Assembly: GCF_001194135.2 (NCBI RefSeq)
Contig: NC_068985.1
Location: forward strand, 87,406,733-87,470,732
Length of the DNA stretch: 64,000 nucleotides
Source of the DNA: Octopus bimaculoides
Taxonomy: Eukaryota
Reading direction: 5' to 3'
The position numbers and the translations under genes were made by a program. Positions 39,486 to 52,900 of this stretch are shown here, piece by piece (within the stretch, counting starts at the first letter, position 1; every line of letters starts with the position of its first letter). The notes below the pieces were generated by a model, which saw only the letters and a list, made by a program, of their open reading frames with translations, did no database searches and was not told where the DNA came from.

Positions 39486-41063
39486 TTCCCACTGAAGATC
39501 TCATATTAGCCCCAACTAAAATAGTCATATTTATTTAGAAATCCAAACAAACTTCTCGCTTAAAGACTTGCTTAAAGTGAAACCTTTGAAATAAGCCACT
39601 GTGTTTCGCCTATCACTTACCTGTGTTTATAAACAAATGCCACCAATGGCTCCTTTATGTACCGTCATGTCTAAATCAATTCTCAAAAGGAGTTTAAACA
39701 CAATAATTAATTTCGAACAACTAATACGACTAACATAGCAAATGTTACCCGATCAGATTCTACCAAATCTTCAACATACCCTAAGAAATGCGACGTATCT
39801 GTTAACTATCTCTGGCATCTACTGATATACACATCTAACGTGCAACACTTGTAATTAAATACAAGCTTCAGTGAGCCTTTACAATAACAAACCTTACCAC
39901 AAATATAACCAATTCAGAAGAAACCAGCCAAATAGATGCAACACAATTTTAACTGTCAAACTCGGAACAAAACTCGGTCATCTCTCTTTTTTTTAAATCA
40001 CTCTCTAAATATTAACAAAGTTTATATACTTTTCGTTTATTTTTTCCTTTCCTTATTCTACCATTCGTTCTTTCTTCTCAAAAACTCATTTTTCTGCTAA
40101 CTCAGTTAAAATATTATTCAAGAAATTTGTTCATTCATCACAAAAATACACTACTATACCATCAATTTGTGAAGCTACGTTGCGATCGATGGAATGAATA
40201 ACTAGACGAAGCACGTATACACATACACATGCACGCATACACACACAAACACACACATATACATGCATATACATATATACATACATACATACACAAACAC
40301 ACACACATATGTGTATATGAATGGCATGTACTTTTTTCCACCAATATGCTTGATATCTTGTCAAACAACCATAAAATTTCACTAAATTTTTGTACTTCTT
40401 TAAATACATTTAAATCGCTTCTAACTAGATGCATTCAAGACATTTTATTTAACATACAAACTGAAACCATTGCAATTTCTGAAACTTTTGCCTCACGCAT
40501 GAGACAAATAATTTTTTTTTACCTTAAAAATATTCTATTCAATAAAACATCATTTCTACAAATATTTATACAAAATGTTTTGTGAACCACTAAATAGTTC
40601 TAACTTTATTATCAGTAACAACATAAGCTGTATTTTACTCATATATTTCCGAGAATTTGTCCGTCAGATAATTTTTTTATTATTTTCAAAATTTCCATAT
40701 GTGGCTTTGTTTGTTATTTTTGTATGTTTTGAACTAGTAACCACTTACTCGAATCATGAGAATACCATATAATTACATGCAAATAAATAACAAAACGTGT
40801 TTTATCTAGCAATGAAATAAAGAATTATGTATGAAAGTTAATAGTTTTATTACTGTTGGTTACCAGGCAGATATATATTTCTATAAACAAAATATTTAGT
40901 AATTGAGAAAGAAATAAACAAACTTTTTTTCCTCTCTACTGATATATTTCATTTTATTTTCTTATCAATGTTTTCCAGTCATTAGGTTTACACAAACACC
41001 AGGAATCATACACACATATTTGTGTATAACCTACGTACATACACACACAATATACATATACAT

Positions 41064-41106
<43 letters not shown>

Positions 41107-41499
41107 TGGATATATATGTATGNNNNNNNNNNNNNNNNNNNNNNNNNNNNNNNNNNNNNNNNNNNNNNNNNNNNNNNNNNNNNNNNNNNNNNNNNNNNNN
41201 NNNNNNNNNNNNNNNNNNNNNNNNNNNNNNNNNNNNNNNNNNNNNNNNNNNNNNNNNNNNNNNNNNNNNNNNNNNNNNNNNNNNNNNNNNNNNNNNNNNN
41301 NNNNNNNNNNNNNNNNNNNNNNNNNNNNNNNNNNNNNNNNNNNNNNNNNNNNNNNNNNNNNNNNNNNNNNNNNNNNNNNNNNNNNNNNNNNNNNNNNNNN
41401 NNNNNNNNNNNNNNNNNNNNNNNNNNNNNNNNNNNNNNNNNNNNNNNNNNNNNNNNNNNNNNNNNNNNNNNNNNNNNNATATATATATATGTATGTATA

Positions 41500-41547
<48 letters not shown>

Positions 41548-43084
41548 CGTACATATATATAAGTTTGTACTTAGAATATAGGTATATATTATATATTAGT
41601 TGACATTAGTACGTGTATGTGTGTGTACTATTTATATATAAGTATATGTTCATGTGTGTGTGCATTGTGGATATAAGCATATACATTCTCACATGTGTGT
41701 GAGTGCTTAAATAAACATTTATTCAATATTATGAAATTAAGGATGAAAAATTATCTTATTCATGAATTTCAATGTATCAAATTGCAAAATATATATCTGA
41801 TGCAAGCAACAATCAGAGAAAATTACATTTTCATATAAGACCTTTATGTTTGTGTGTGTATGTGTGTGCGTGTGTGTATAGACACACATATACACACACA
41901 CGCGCGCGCGCATACACATATGCAAATATTAAGCAATTTCAACAATAATCTTTAATGATTAAGCATTAATAATATTTTATCAGTAATAATAATGTGATTC
42001 CTTATAAAATGTTCCACAGAAACATAATATAAATAATTCTAATTTTCCATAGACAAAGGATATTTAGAATTTTCTGATGTGAATTCATAGATTTTATAGA
42101 AACGAGATTAATAAGTTAAAATGAAATGAAATGAAATAAAATTGCTGTCAAAGTTTCTGGAAGGTCTACTTTAAATGGGTGTGTATATATATGTACATGC
42201 ATACATACATTCATATANNNNNNNNNNNNNNNNNNNNNNNNNNNNNNNNNNNNNNNNNNNNNNNNNNNNNNNNNNNNNNNNNNNNNNNNNNNNNNNNNNN
42301 NNNNNNNNTATATACTCATTTATATATGTATATGTAAAAGTATATACGTACACAAAGAAAGTGCTTTAAGTTGGAAATATATTATATTGGAAAAATGTTG
42401 TGCTCTGAACAATTAATTTCAGACACAAATAGAACATTATTAAAATGAAATTGTAAAGATTTATTATACTGCTGGATGTGTACAAAACCCATTATCCTAA
42501 GGTAAAAATAATGAAAATCTTAAGATTTAATATACTATATAAATATATGTGTGTACATACACACACGCACACGCATACTTGCACACACACATATGTGTAC
42601 AGACAGACGGACACTCCTCATATATGTGGATCGATGTATATATGGCTATACAAATTTCTCTGTATATATATTGTTTTATTCTTTTGTACAAATATGTATG
42701 CATATAAACATGTATAACGATGCATATATATATATATAAATATATGTGTGTGTGTGCGCGTGTGTGTGTGTGTGTGCGTATACATTTATGTGTGTGTGTG
42801 TGTGGAGATTAGAGTCATACCTGTGTTCAACAATTTGCCACTTAACTCACGTAAAAAAGGATAAGATATTTCTTGTTGAACGAGCTCAATAAGACATTCA
42901 AAATTGATTGAATTAATTAGAGGCATAACGACAATATCTTTATCAATAACACTTTTAAAATAGTAGACCTTCGAATATATTATAATACAATCATTGATAT
43001 CTACCCACATCCATCCAACAAATCTATCTATCTATCTATCTATTGATCTCTCTATCTCATTCTCTCTCTCCCTCTCTCCCCCTC

Positions 43085-43155
<71 letters not shown>

Positions 43156-43441
43156 NNNNNNNNNNNNNNNNNNNNNNNNNNNNNNNNNNNNNNNNNNNNN
43201 NNNNNNNNNNNNNNNNNNNNNNNNNNNNNNNNNNNNNNNNNNNNNNNNNNNNNNNNNNNNNNNNNNNNNNNNNNNNNNNNNNNNNNNNNNNNNNNNNNNN
43301 NNNNNNNNNNNNNNNNNNNNNATATACATATATTTATTTCGAGTTACCAGAATTGTCGACTCGACGAGTAGTTTGTAATATATCTATTAAATAAAATTTT
43401 GCAATCTCATGTGTGTGTGTCTTTGTGTGTGTGTGTGTGTC

Positions 43442-43478
<37 letters not shown>

Positions 43479-43528
43479 GTGTTTCTGTATGTGTGTATGT
43501 GTGTGATTACAATGTGAGAGATGCAAGC

Positions 43529-43768
43529 TAGCCACTCAGAAACACACAAGTACGTTCAATTCACTTGGAAATATTTATTATTTGTAATATGACGTCACAA
43601 TTTTCGTCGCCTGAAACTGCGACCTGATCACAGGCAAAATTTGAGGTGCAGTACACATTTTATTTGTGAACAGGTCATAGTTTCGAATGATCAAAATTGT
43701 GACACCATATTACAAGCCATAAATTTTAAAGTGAATTTAACGGCATTTGTGCGTTTCTGAGTGGTTAA
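43529..43768. mobile_element. fold-back MITE (about 110-bp imperfect arms, about 16-nt loop)
   Basis: Left 'ccactcagaaacacacaagtacgttcaattcactt..gtaatatgacgtcacaatttt..gacctgatcaca' mirrors right 'tgtgaacaggtc..aaaattgtgacaccatattac..aagtgaatttaacggcatttgtgcgtttctgagtgg'; ends TTAA on right, CTAG on left. Confidence 0.85.
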
Positions 43769-44419
43769 CCTGTGGCTTCCAATACCAAATTGCAGATAAA
43801 AAACACTTGTCATACAAGTACATCATACATGATATATATTTATATGTAAGAATCTATGTAGAGTAGAAAAATCTTGCTCAAGACGACTTTGCGTGGCACC
43901 TAATGCAAATGTGGTCTCGGCCTGGACAAAGCCATGTCAGTCGATTAATAAATCTGGATTCATAGACCGAGTAACAACGATCATTTTCCCCTTACTTCGT
44001 GGTTAGACAATTCTATGCATCACATTTCATCTCTGACAATGTGAAGTACTTTCCCTTGCTATAATACTGGTTGTGAATTTAAATAAAGTCGTTGTATTTC
44101 AGTTTTACTTGCCAGCATGTTATAGATATTTTTTGTATCTCACCTCATTTTGTCATTGCATACTTATTTGGCGTTACTTTGACATGAATTCATTAAAAAA
44201 TTAATTTCATATTCTCACAATCCCTGAAAGGGAGCGTGCATTAACAAAAAAAAAAAACAAACAAAAAACAAACTAAAGAATAAAAGCAATAAAGTTTAGT
44301 GAGCAAGAAAATATGTAATCACCGCTTTTTCAATTTATCTGTAGGCGAGTGTTGTTGGCTGGTATCGTTGAGTGACTTCCTTTAATATTCATAAATAACT
44401 GAATAGGGACTTGTTGTTG

Positions 44420-45740
44420 TTAAAGAAATCGCTTTTACTCTTCATACCGTTTCTCATGACATGAAATATCGGATTGTTCGTCAGAATTGGTCCCAAGACA
44501 TTTTGAGCCAAAGTTTCGTGAAGAGCAGATCAAATATAAAAGCCGGAGTTTTGAATGTAATTGCTGCATTTATGGCTGAATAAGAGCTTACGAAATATCG
44601 AGCTGGAACGAATTTTCCGGGAAATTGAAATAAAAAGATATTAAAACTACATCTTTCGTTATTCTATATTATATCCTGGCCAGGAAGTAAAAGTTAAAAT
44701 TTTTGGATATTCACTCTTTTCTTGCTAAGACGACTGAGAACTTGACTAGTGCGTTTGTGTCAATTTGACAATCATGAGTTACGGGGAGAAAATGACAGAT
44801 TTTGTGAAGACAACAACACAAATTTTGGTGGCATAAAATGTATGCAAACATTTCACCGATTAAAAAATGAAACTTGAATGAGATCTTGATGCTGAGTGAA
44901 ATATACACACTGTACGCAGTTGTTTTCATTTGACATGTATTACCAATTGATACGAAAGTATTTACTGCAAAAGTGTTTAAACAGTTTCATAGATACAGCG
45001 TTCATGTAAGACAACTAGAAAAACTTTGTGACTTTGTGAAGAATACAATTTGTTAATGCTATCAGCTGTTGAAACTTCATTATCATTTTACTGTTTTTAA
45101 ATCATACTTTGGTTCCCCGGAACATTACTAAGAATTAAAAACACGATTGTCTGGAAATGATGTTTTGAGAAATGCATTTGTGGTTCTAGACATCTCAAAC
45201 TTTTCAACAAAATTGATTTTGGCTCTGGAGAAGGTTTGTGTCAACGCAGCAGATATTAAATAAGATATGCAAAACTTTATACCAGGTATAGAACACAGAA
45301 TATGGAGTGTCTCAGCTTACAAAGACCTTGCTGAGAGAGATTCAAGAAAATGACGGAAACATTGACTAAAATGAAGGAAATATTAACGAAAATGCCTCTC
45401 ATACCTAGAACCCCACTGGAAAGTAAACTTTGAATAAGCTGAAGACTTTCTGTGGTGACGTTTTAAAGACGTCATATTCTGGTATTGAGTATTTTGCAGT
45501 CAAGACCAACCAAACTATCAAAATGGAACTAGTAAATGCTGATAAGTTATTTCATAAGATTGATAATGCAAAGAACTTTGGTAGGGGGTTTTAAGGCAGT
45601 GGTTTGCTTATCGCAAAAAATTATGTATGAAGAAATGTGGCGCAGTAAGAAGAAAAAAAAAAGAACTAGTAGTGCCATTAATACATTCGGTGCGTTCGTA
45701 GCCCTTCTGCATTATTTGAACAATATTGCTTCTTTATAGT
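44420..45740 (+). pseudogene. hAT-superfamily transposase pseudogene
   Basis: Frameshifted fragments TLHTVSHDMKY, VLNVIAAFMAE*EL, KVKI, FCEDNNTNFGG, AKVFKQFHRYSVHV, LKSYF, resembling the hAT catalytic core. Confidence 0.7.
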
Positions 45741-47417
45741 TGACAGACTCAATGTAGCAGTTAAAACCATTACTGCAGAATTTTCAATTTAAAACATTGA
45801 TTGTGTACGTCACAGGTCTGGAGGTTATTGTTTGTTTGTGTCTAGTTTATATAACACCCTTGTTTATTTTCTCACTTTACAATTCAATGAGTATTACTAC
45901 TCTCAATAAGAGTCTATAGTTCTATACAGTTGTGTAATGTATACATGCGTTATTCACTGGTAGCTTTTATGTTTTATGTGGCTTAGTTCATTGCTTTTAC
46001 TTGATGTAAGTGAATGGGAAGTCAGTGGGGGAGTATCGTGCATGTATAACCAATAAAACAGTTGGAGCTGAGAGTTTAGTAAGTTTACGCTTGCAATTAA
46101 ATTCATAAATCACTATAGTCATTTGTAGTGCGTTCTTGGATTTACAAGAATTTGGTTAGTTATTAACCAGATAGTTTTATGTTCTAATTTTTATGTAGCA
46201 TAATATTTGTACTAGTTTATGGCTTGGCTTAGTACCAATATTGTGTCTTCTGTTTAAAGAGTGCTTTAATACTGTGTTCACCTATTCTATTGTCACTTCA
46301 CATTTTATTCATAAACTATACTTGTGCGATTTGTGTATTTTTAATTGGTTTCGTGTGACATATTTAATGCTTAACAGACCTTCCTGTATTCTCCTGTTGC
46401 TTGTTTTCTTTCTTTCTTTCTTTCTTTCTTTTTTAATATATCCTATTAATTAGAACTCGTTTTATCCTGTAAATTTCCTTACTTAATGTTTCTTTTGTGG
46501 AGAAGAATCTGGATGAGATTCTAAGACTGTTTATCTAAGATCACGTGTCAGAGAAAATAGAAGCCTTACTAAATTACATGCACGACCATCTAAGAATAAA
46601 CCACACACGCAGGCACGGGGTCTGACATCTGGATGCAGGGGTTGGCCAGTTATTTCAAATCCAGTAATGAAGAGATATTTATTAAGAAATGATTTCAAAG
46701 TAAGAATTTACTGATGATCTTTGATGAGAAGATGGGAGCCGAGCGCTTTCACTAACGTGAAAGCAACGTCTCTGTAGAAATGAGGACGTTGTCGATGAAA
46801 AGTGCAAACAGAGACTCGTTTGCCCCACCACTGACACCGAAAAGAAATGAGACAAGGAAATTCTGCTAACTTAGGTTAACCACAATCACCGCCACCACTA
46901 CCACCACCACCACAGCAACAACAATAACAATATTAACTACTTGGTTACAGTTTCGTAGTTACGTTAAATATAGTCCGCTTTCATGTCACATAATTCAGTG
47001 AAGGTGAAACTCCAGAAGCTTTTGTAATATTTCATAAATATAAAATATCTAATATTCATAACCTAATTACAGAAGCTTGTAAGAAATGGGGCGGAGAGCT
47101 TCCTTTCTATTTTAATATTGACAAGTGCATTATTTTCTCAGAAACATTATTTCCTTTCGTCCACCCCACACCCAACCGAAAAAACAAAACATTTTGCCCT
47201 TCCATAATTGCTTTCAGCAAGCATATTTCAAGTAATTTATTAAACGAAACCAATGACATGGCTTCGTTCATAAATCAATTAAACAAGTCCATATCAACGC
47301 TATCTTGTGAATCAGTGAGTAGTTTGGAAGATGACTCAAGGCCTTGCTGATAATGTTGATTCAACAATGATACATATTGAAATGTAGAGTAAACGACAAT
47401 GTGGTGATAATAAGAAG

Positions 47418-47782
47418 ATGGAGGAGGAGGAGGAAGAAGGGTGGAGGAACAGGATAGGGAGGAGGAAGTGTGAAGCGGAAGGAAGAGGAATGAGGAAGAG
47501 AAAGAAGCGAAGGAAAGGAAGAAAGGGAAGAGATAAGGAGAAAGAAGTGAGAAGGGAAGATAAATGGAAAAGAAGGAGGAGAAAGATGAGGAGAAGGAAA
47601 ACAAAGAAAAGAAAACGAAGAAGGAAAGGTAGAATGAAAAATATCTTAAACAGAAAAAGTGAAAGAACAACTGGGGAAAAGGAAAGATGAATGAAAACGA
47701 AGTATGATGAAGAAGAAGAGGAAGAAGGAGAAGAAAAAGAAGGAGGAGGAGAAGGAGAAGAAAAAGAAGGAGGGGGAGAAGG

Positions 47783-47847
<65 letters not shown>

Positions 47848-47870
47848 AAGAAAAAGAAGAAGAATTTATT
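47418..47870. repeat. purine-rich low-complexity tract with (GAA)n and (AAT)n
   Basis: Directly visible. Confidence 0.95.
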
Positions 47871-48253
47871 AAGAGGGTTGAGAATAAAAATAACAATAGA
47901 AGGAAATGGAAAAAAAACGTAGAAGTTTGTTGATTGTTAATCTAATATTGAAGGAGACAAATTGAAATTGAAAAGAAAATGAAATAAGATTTTATAGGAA
48001 TCAGTTTAGGGTAACAAACTACAAACGTTTTGTGCAAACCAACTATGAGGTGGAAGACTTCCTCTTCAGGAACGATGTCTGTGTGCATATATGATATACA
48101 TATATGTATATATATGTACGTAAACATGCATATACTCACATATTATTTGTATCATTATATGATCGAACGCACGCGTCCTTTTTGCAAGTGAGTTNNNNNN
48201 NNNNNNNNNNNNNNNNNNNNNNNNNNNNNNNNNNNNNNNNNNNNNNNNNNNNN

Positions 48254-48297
<44 letters not shown>

Positions 48298-48459
48298 GTA
48301 TATATGTATACATACACACACACATGCACACACACATATATATTTATATAGTAGTTTTTGTGGAATGAAAATGGATAAGGGTTTGATGTGAGCAGAAATA
48401 TTAAATATTATGGAGTGGTGGGTAGGGATTGTGTGAGATTGTCGTGTTTAGCCATTTAG

Positions 48460-50039
48460 AACTGTTGAATTTTGTTTAATTGTGTTTATTGCCACTAAGA
48501 GATCCGGGGCGCCAAACGTTATGTCCGGTATAGGATGCTGATGATTGACATCACTGCTACAATCCAGATCGGCCATATCAGGATTGCTAAAAACAGAACA
48601 GTCCTGTTCCTGCGGTATCTCACTCATGGTTTTGCCATTATCTTGGAGAGTGTCATTTTCATCAATTAGAGGACCAAAAGTGGAGACAATGACCCTGTGG
48701 TTTTTCGCAAAGAGAAGAAAACTTTGGGATTGAGTTTGATTTTCTCAACGGCCCATTTCTCTTCAGTTGTTCTTTGGTTATTGATGACAGTCTTCATGCA
48801 TTGTTCGAGGTTATATTTTTTTCATTTGTGCAGGGTGATAGCTGTCGAATTTATGCGTGGATGTTGGCAGTATTTTAGTTTGTTAATTCTTTTGTTTGTT
48901 CCTTTTATTTTTCTAACAATCGTGTCACTGTTTTGGGGAATTCTGTACTTAGATTTCTTCACAGGTCTTGGCGGAGTGTGTTTAGCACGTATGTTTGTGA
49001 CAGTGTCTACAAAGATCTGCCAAGATATTTTGATGCTGGAGGAGGTGTGTGTATGTGTGAAAGACCAGTCAACATGTGATAGCTCGCTTATGATTGCATC
49101 CCAGTCGGCGTCATAGAGATCCGTGGTATCAAATGGATGGGTCGGAGAGAGGTCACTAGAGTTAGCTTTTGGCTGGTGGAATCTCAGGTTACAGAGAACC
49201 ATGTCATATCCTGAAAGGAGGGTTTTTTCCACTGTAATATTGTATATTGTGTTAGTGTGGTTACTAAACACAAGATGCGAGGACAAGTTGGGACAAAAAA
49301 ATCTCATTCATAAAGTCAAGAAGTGACTCTACTGCTTCTTTGTCAGCAGCTGAGGTGGGTCTCTGATTTCAAACTGACTGTAGACCAATCAACACAGGGT
49401 AGATTAAAATTTCCCATTATAATTATGTTATTAGAATGGCGCTGTTGAATAAAACACTTAATGCTGGTCATCGGTTTTATCGTGCACGGTGACCGATTCA
49501 CAGTAGACATTGGAGAATGTCATATTTCCATCTGCCGAAAAGGAATCAGGAAAGAAAATGGCAGTACCATCCTTCTATCTGTCGACTCGATCCGCGCGGA
49601 TTGTTGTGAAATTCCTCACTTTCACTTCGGTTTCCAAGTAGGAGTTGCCATGGTGGGTCTCGGTAAGAACGAAGAGAGGGATGGAGTGTGGATGGTTACC
49701 AACCCAATCCTCAATGAATTGAATCTTCCCTTTATGTGCATCGGTAGAGGAACTAACACCTTGTGTATTGAGTAAAAATCGGGAGACTAGTGTAGCGGCA
49801 GGATTTGACTGTTGCAGGAGGCTTTTTTCTGACTGTGTGTTAGTGACAGCAATGTGGCGGTGGGGGTGCCCTGGGGTAATAGCATAGGATAGTATTGAAT
49901 GATGGCTAAAAGATTATTTTTAACTCTTTTGTCAGGTTCAGCATGGCTAAAATAGAATTTTCCTGCTTAGGGAGGAGTTTTTGATTGGATGTGTGGTTGC
50001 TCTGTTGGACAGGGTTGTCGTCTCCGCTTTTGTTGTATG

Positions 50040-50040
<1 letters not shown>
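48460..50040 (-). mobile_element. CR1/Jockey-superfamily LINE: ORF1 end, APE endonuclease and linker, stopping before RT
   Basis: LNTQG, LTETH, IRADR, IIMGNFNLP (GDFN), FSNHTNTIYNITVEKTLLSGYDMV (SDH-like), IKLNPKVF, GPLIDEND, SVFSNP. Confidence 0.88.
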
Positions 50041-50091
<51 letters not shown>

Positions 50092-50243
50092 GAACATAAG
50101 TGTTCATTTACGTATACAGGGATGTAAAACTGTATCTATATGATTTGGTGTCTTTATGTATGTATACAACAATGCATACATATATATGTATATATATATA
50201 TATATATACATTTATACATACACATACATATTTGAATATATGC

Positions 50244-50284
<41 letters not shown>

Positions 50285-50576
50285 CACACACACACACACA
50301 CATAAACATACAAAGTTTAAAAATTGCATATAGAGACATACATATATAATTAAGTATTGACTTTGTTAACGTAGTCCATCTATAACGTTGTCCCTAATAC
50401 TTAACCTCCCCGTGTCACTGCCTCTCGACTGATCCTTCTCAACTGTCCGTCTGCATCACAATGAAGTGGACTATTATTAATGGATTTGTTGTGTGTACTT
50501 GAAGCAAACGGATTTGAAACGCCTCCATATTTACTATTATCACAAAGTAATAAGAGAGAAGCGTGTACAATAGTAG

Positions 50577-50615
<39 letters not shown>

Positions 50616-50705
50616 CAACAATGGTTTAAAATGTTGATACTAGGCTAGCAGTTTTTGAGGGAAGAGGGAAGCCGATTGTGTCGACCCCCTTGTATATGAT
50701 TGATG

Positions 50706-50780
50706 TGGAGGTGCAATGGCCCAGTGGTTAGGGCAGCGGACTCGCGGGTCGTGGGATCGTGGTTTCGATTTCCAGAGTGA
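50706..50780 (+). mobile_element. tRNA-derived SINE head
   Basis: 'ggaggtgcaatggcccagtggttagggcagcggactcgcgg..ggtttcgatttcc' with A box TGGCCCAGTGG and B box. Confidence 0.75.
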
Positions 50781-51439
50781 TAACACATTCCATATTAAGT
50801 TTCCACTCGGAACATACCCGTGCGGTGTACAATGTTCACAAGAATCTATAAGTCAACAATGACTCTTTGTCTTACTCCTCCTCGCGTTTCAGCAACCCAT
50901 ACGTTCGTGCATTGTTCTATGAGTAGCAGCGTTCTGAACTTCCTTTACTTGTTTTCTTTCTTGTCTTTTATCTTATAAAACCAGGAGCAAAAACTTTTAT
51001 ACATCGTCGTGCCTATCAATACGACATGCTATACTGTTTAACGCTTCCTCGTATTACATTTTTGTGCGATGTGGAAATCCCCTCCTGCCTTCTACTATAT
51101 GCATTCTTGGAACATTTCTTTACTAACTAGGCTCACTCCTTCGTGACAAATAGCTGCAGCATTTCTTTCTCTAATTGACTTTGATCCATGCCTAAAATCA
51201 TTCTTTTGGCCTGCAATACGAGTAAACGACTTTCTCGTAACACATTTGTCAATAGCACATACGTTTTTGTGGCTCTTGTTTCTGTTAATCAGTTTTAAGC
51301 ATCGCAAATTTGTTTCTTCGAATGCTTAATCACGAGGATCAGTGCTTGTAAGTTGGGTTTTCATTTCACAGTAACTTTCTTTACCTTCTTTTTCGATAAT
51401 ACTGTTGTATATTTCAGAGATGTGGAATTATGCACATTA

Positions 51440-51600
51440 GTTACATTATATACATTTGACGGATATTTGTCCCCATCTTGTTTGTTGTTAACAACGTTTC
51501 GGCTGATATACCCTCCAGACTTCATCAGGTGTGTTGAGGAAATTTCGAACCTGGGTTCTTATTCCTAAAGTATTTTTCGATGTTGTTATTATTATTATTA
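51440..51600 (-). mobile_element. short hammerhead-bearing repeat (solo PLE pLTR-like) abutting (TAA)n
   Basis: Contains the hammerhead motif below; bounded by a (TTA)n tract at about 51585-51600. Confidence 0.65.
51492..51536 (-). ncRNA. minimal type-I hammerhead ribozyme, core intact, weak stem I
   Basis: RC ACAC-CTGATGA-A-GTCTG-gagggtatat-CAGCC-GAAA-CG-T-T-GT; stem II 4/5 paired, ACGT palindrome. Confidence 0.7.
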
Positions 51601-52149
51601 AGAACAAACATGTGTGTGTGTTTGTTTGTGTGTGTGTGTGTGTATGTGTGTGTGTGTGTGTGTGTGTATGAAAATCAACGTTCAATGTTATGTCTTCAAA
51701 TATAAGTTTTACTACAAAAATTGTGTACATGTTTTCACAAAGTGTGATTTGCACAGAAAGAATATTACATTTCCTTGAAAAGTTTTCATATGAATAAACG
51801 AAAAATAACTTGGATGAAAAAATACTATCCTAGGTGAAAAATATTAGTGCATGTTTTAAGTAAACAAATTTTACGGGAGAAGGAAAATTACATTTTACTA
51901 ACCGGTTTATGCTGTTATCAGTTTACCAAAGCTTAAAGTCTGTTCTTCAATGCAGTTTTTAGCCCATTGCTGGAAGAAGCACTTGGGATTAGATTTAAAT
52001 CGAAATGTTGTTTATGTCATTTCAAAGACAGGACACATCACTATTTGTATATGTGTTTCACCTCGCTTATGTATTTTTTTTAAGACAGTGATTGCTTAAT
52101 ACTTTCTCAAAGTAATTTTTTTACTTTTGGAAAATAAAAAGGTATTTTT

Positions 52150-52900
52150 AAGAGAGCGAAGAGTATTTAACTGAATATGAGATAAAGCACAGAATAAATT
52201 ATTTCTGCTTTTAAAAGCAATTTTCTATGCTCCCAAAGCGTCTACTTTGTGATTTCTTTTAAATATGGGAATATATTCAGGCTTGTATGGTAATTGAAAT
52301 ATGCTTTACGTTTCGGTTTGCACTTGTTCCTAAAATATATTACTTTATTGTTTCGTTGCTGCTGTTTCATCGTTGAGTTGCTGGCAGAATAGGAAGACAG
52401 AATAGGGAGCTTAGACCTACTGCCAACAATTTTCTATATTTTCACTCGGGATAATTTTCTTTGTATATGGTTTACTGAATCTGTTGGCGATATATCATTC
52501 CTTTCTTGAGTGTTTTACCCGTTTTTTCCAATGTGGTATTGTGTTCACAGTAACATTTACCTTATTATGTATGTTCCCTAAATTACAAGAAAATAGCTAT
52601 TAATTTTGAAGGTAAGTATCTTTTTGAAATGGAATTAAAAAGCTACATCTGATAGATAGCTGCATACTTCACAGTTTGGGCGGCAGCATTTACTGTCCGT
52701 AGTTGATATATGTAGCTTTTCATTGCTTAAACTCTTTTTAGTGATTTCATTTGTACCTTCCCTTTTTATAAAAGGATATTTTTCCAAGTTGTTTTTCGTT
52801 ATTGGGTCCTGAAATAGTATTAGTAGATTTATATAGATGTTGGTGGAAAGTTCGGCATCGTTTCGGTTCAAAGTTGAAAAAAATGGACTTTTGTATTTTG
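52150..52900 (-). mobile_element. Penelope-like element 3' fragment (linker CxxC plus degenerate GIY-YIG)
   Basis: KCCRPNCEVCSYL, FKINSYF, then frameshifted YII-KCY-CEH..IG-KTGKTLK..YRQQI. Confidence 0.8.

Noticed and set aside
47275-47922. Highly charged or Ser/Phe-rich ORFs (also 61450-61758, 62156-62730, 14880-15350)
   Set aside because: Translations of (GAA)n, (GA)n, (CTT)n and (TAA)n low-complexity tracts
50706-50780. tRNA gene
   Set aside because: Has A/B boxes but no complete cloverleaf; it is a SINE head
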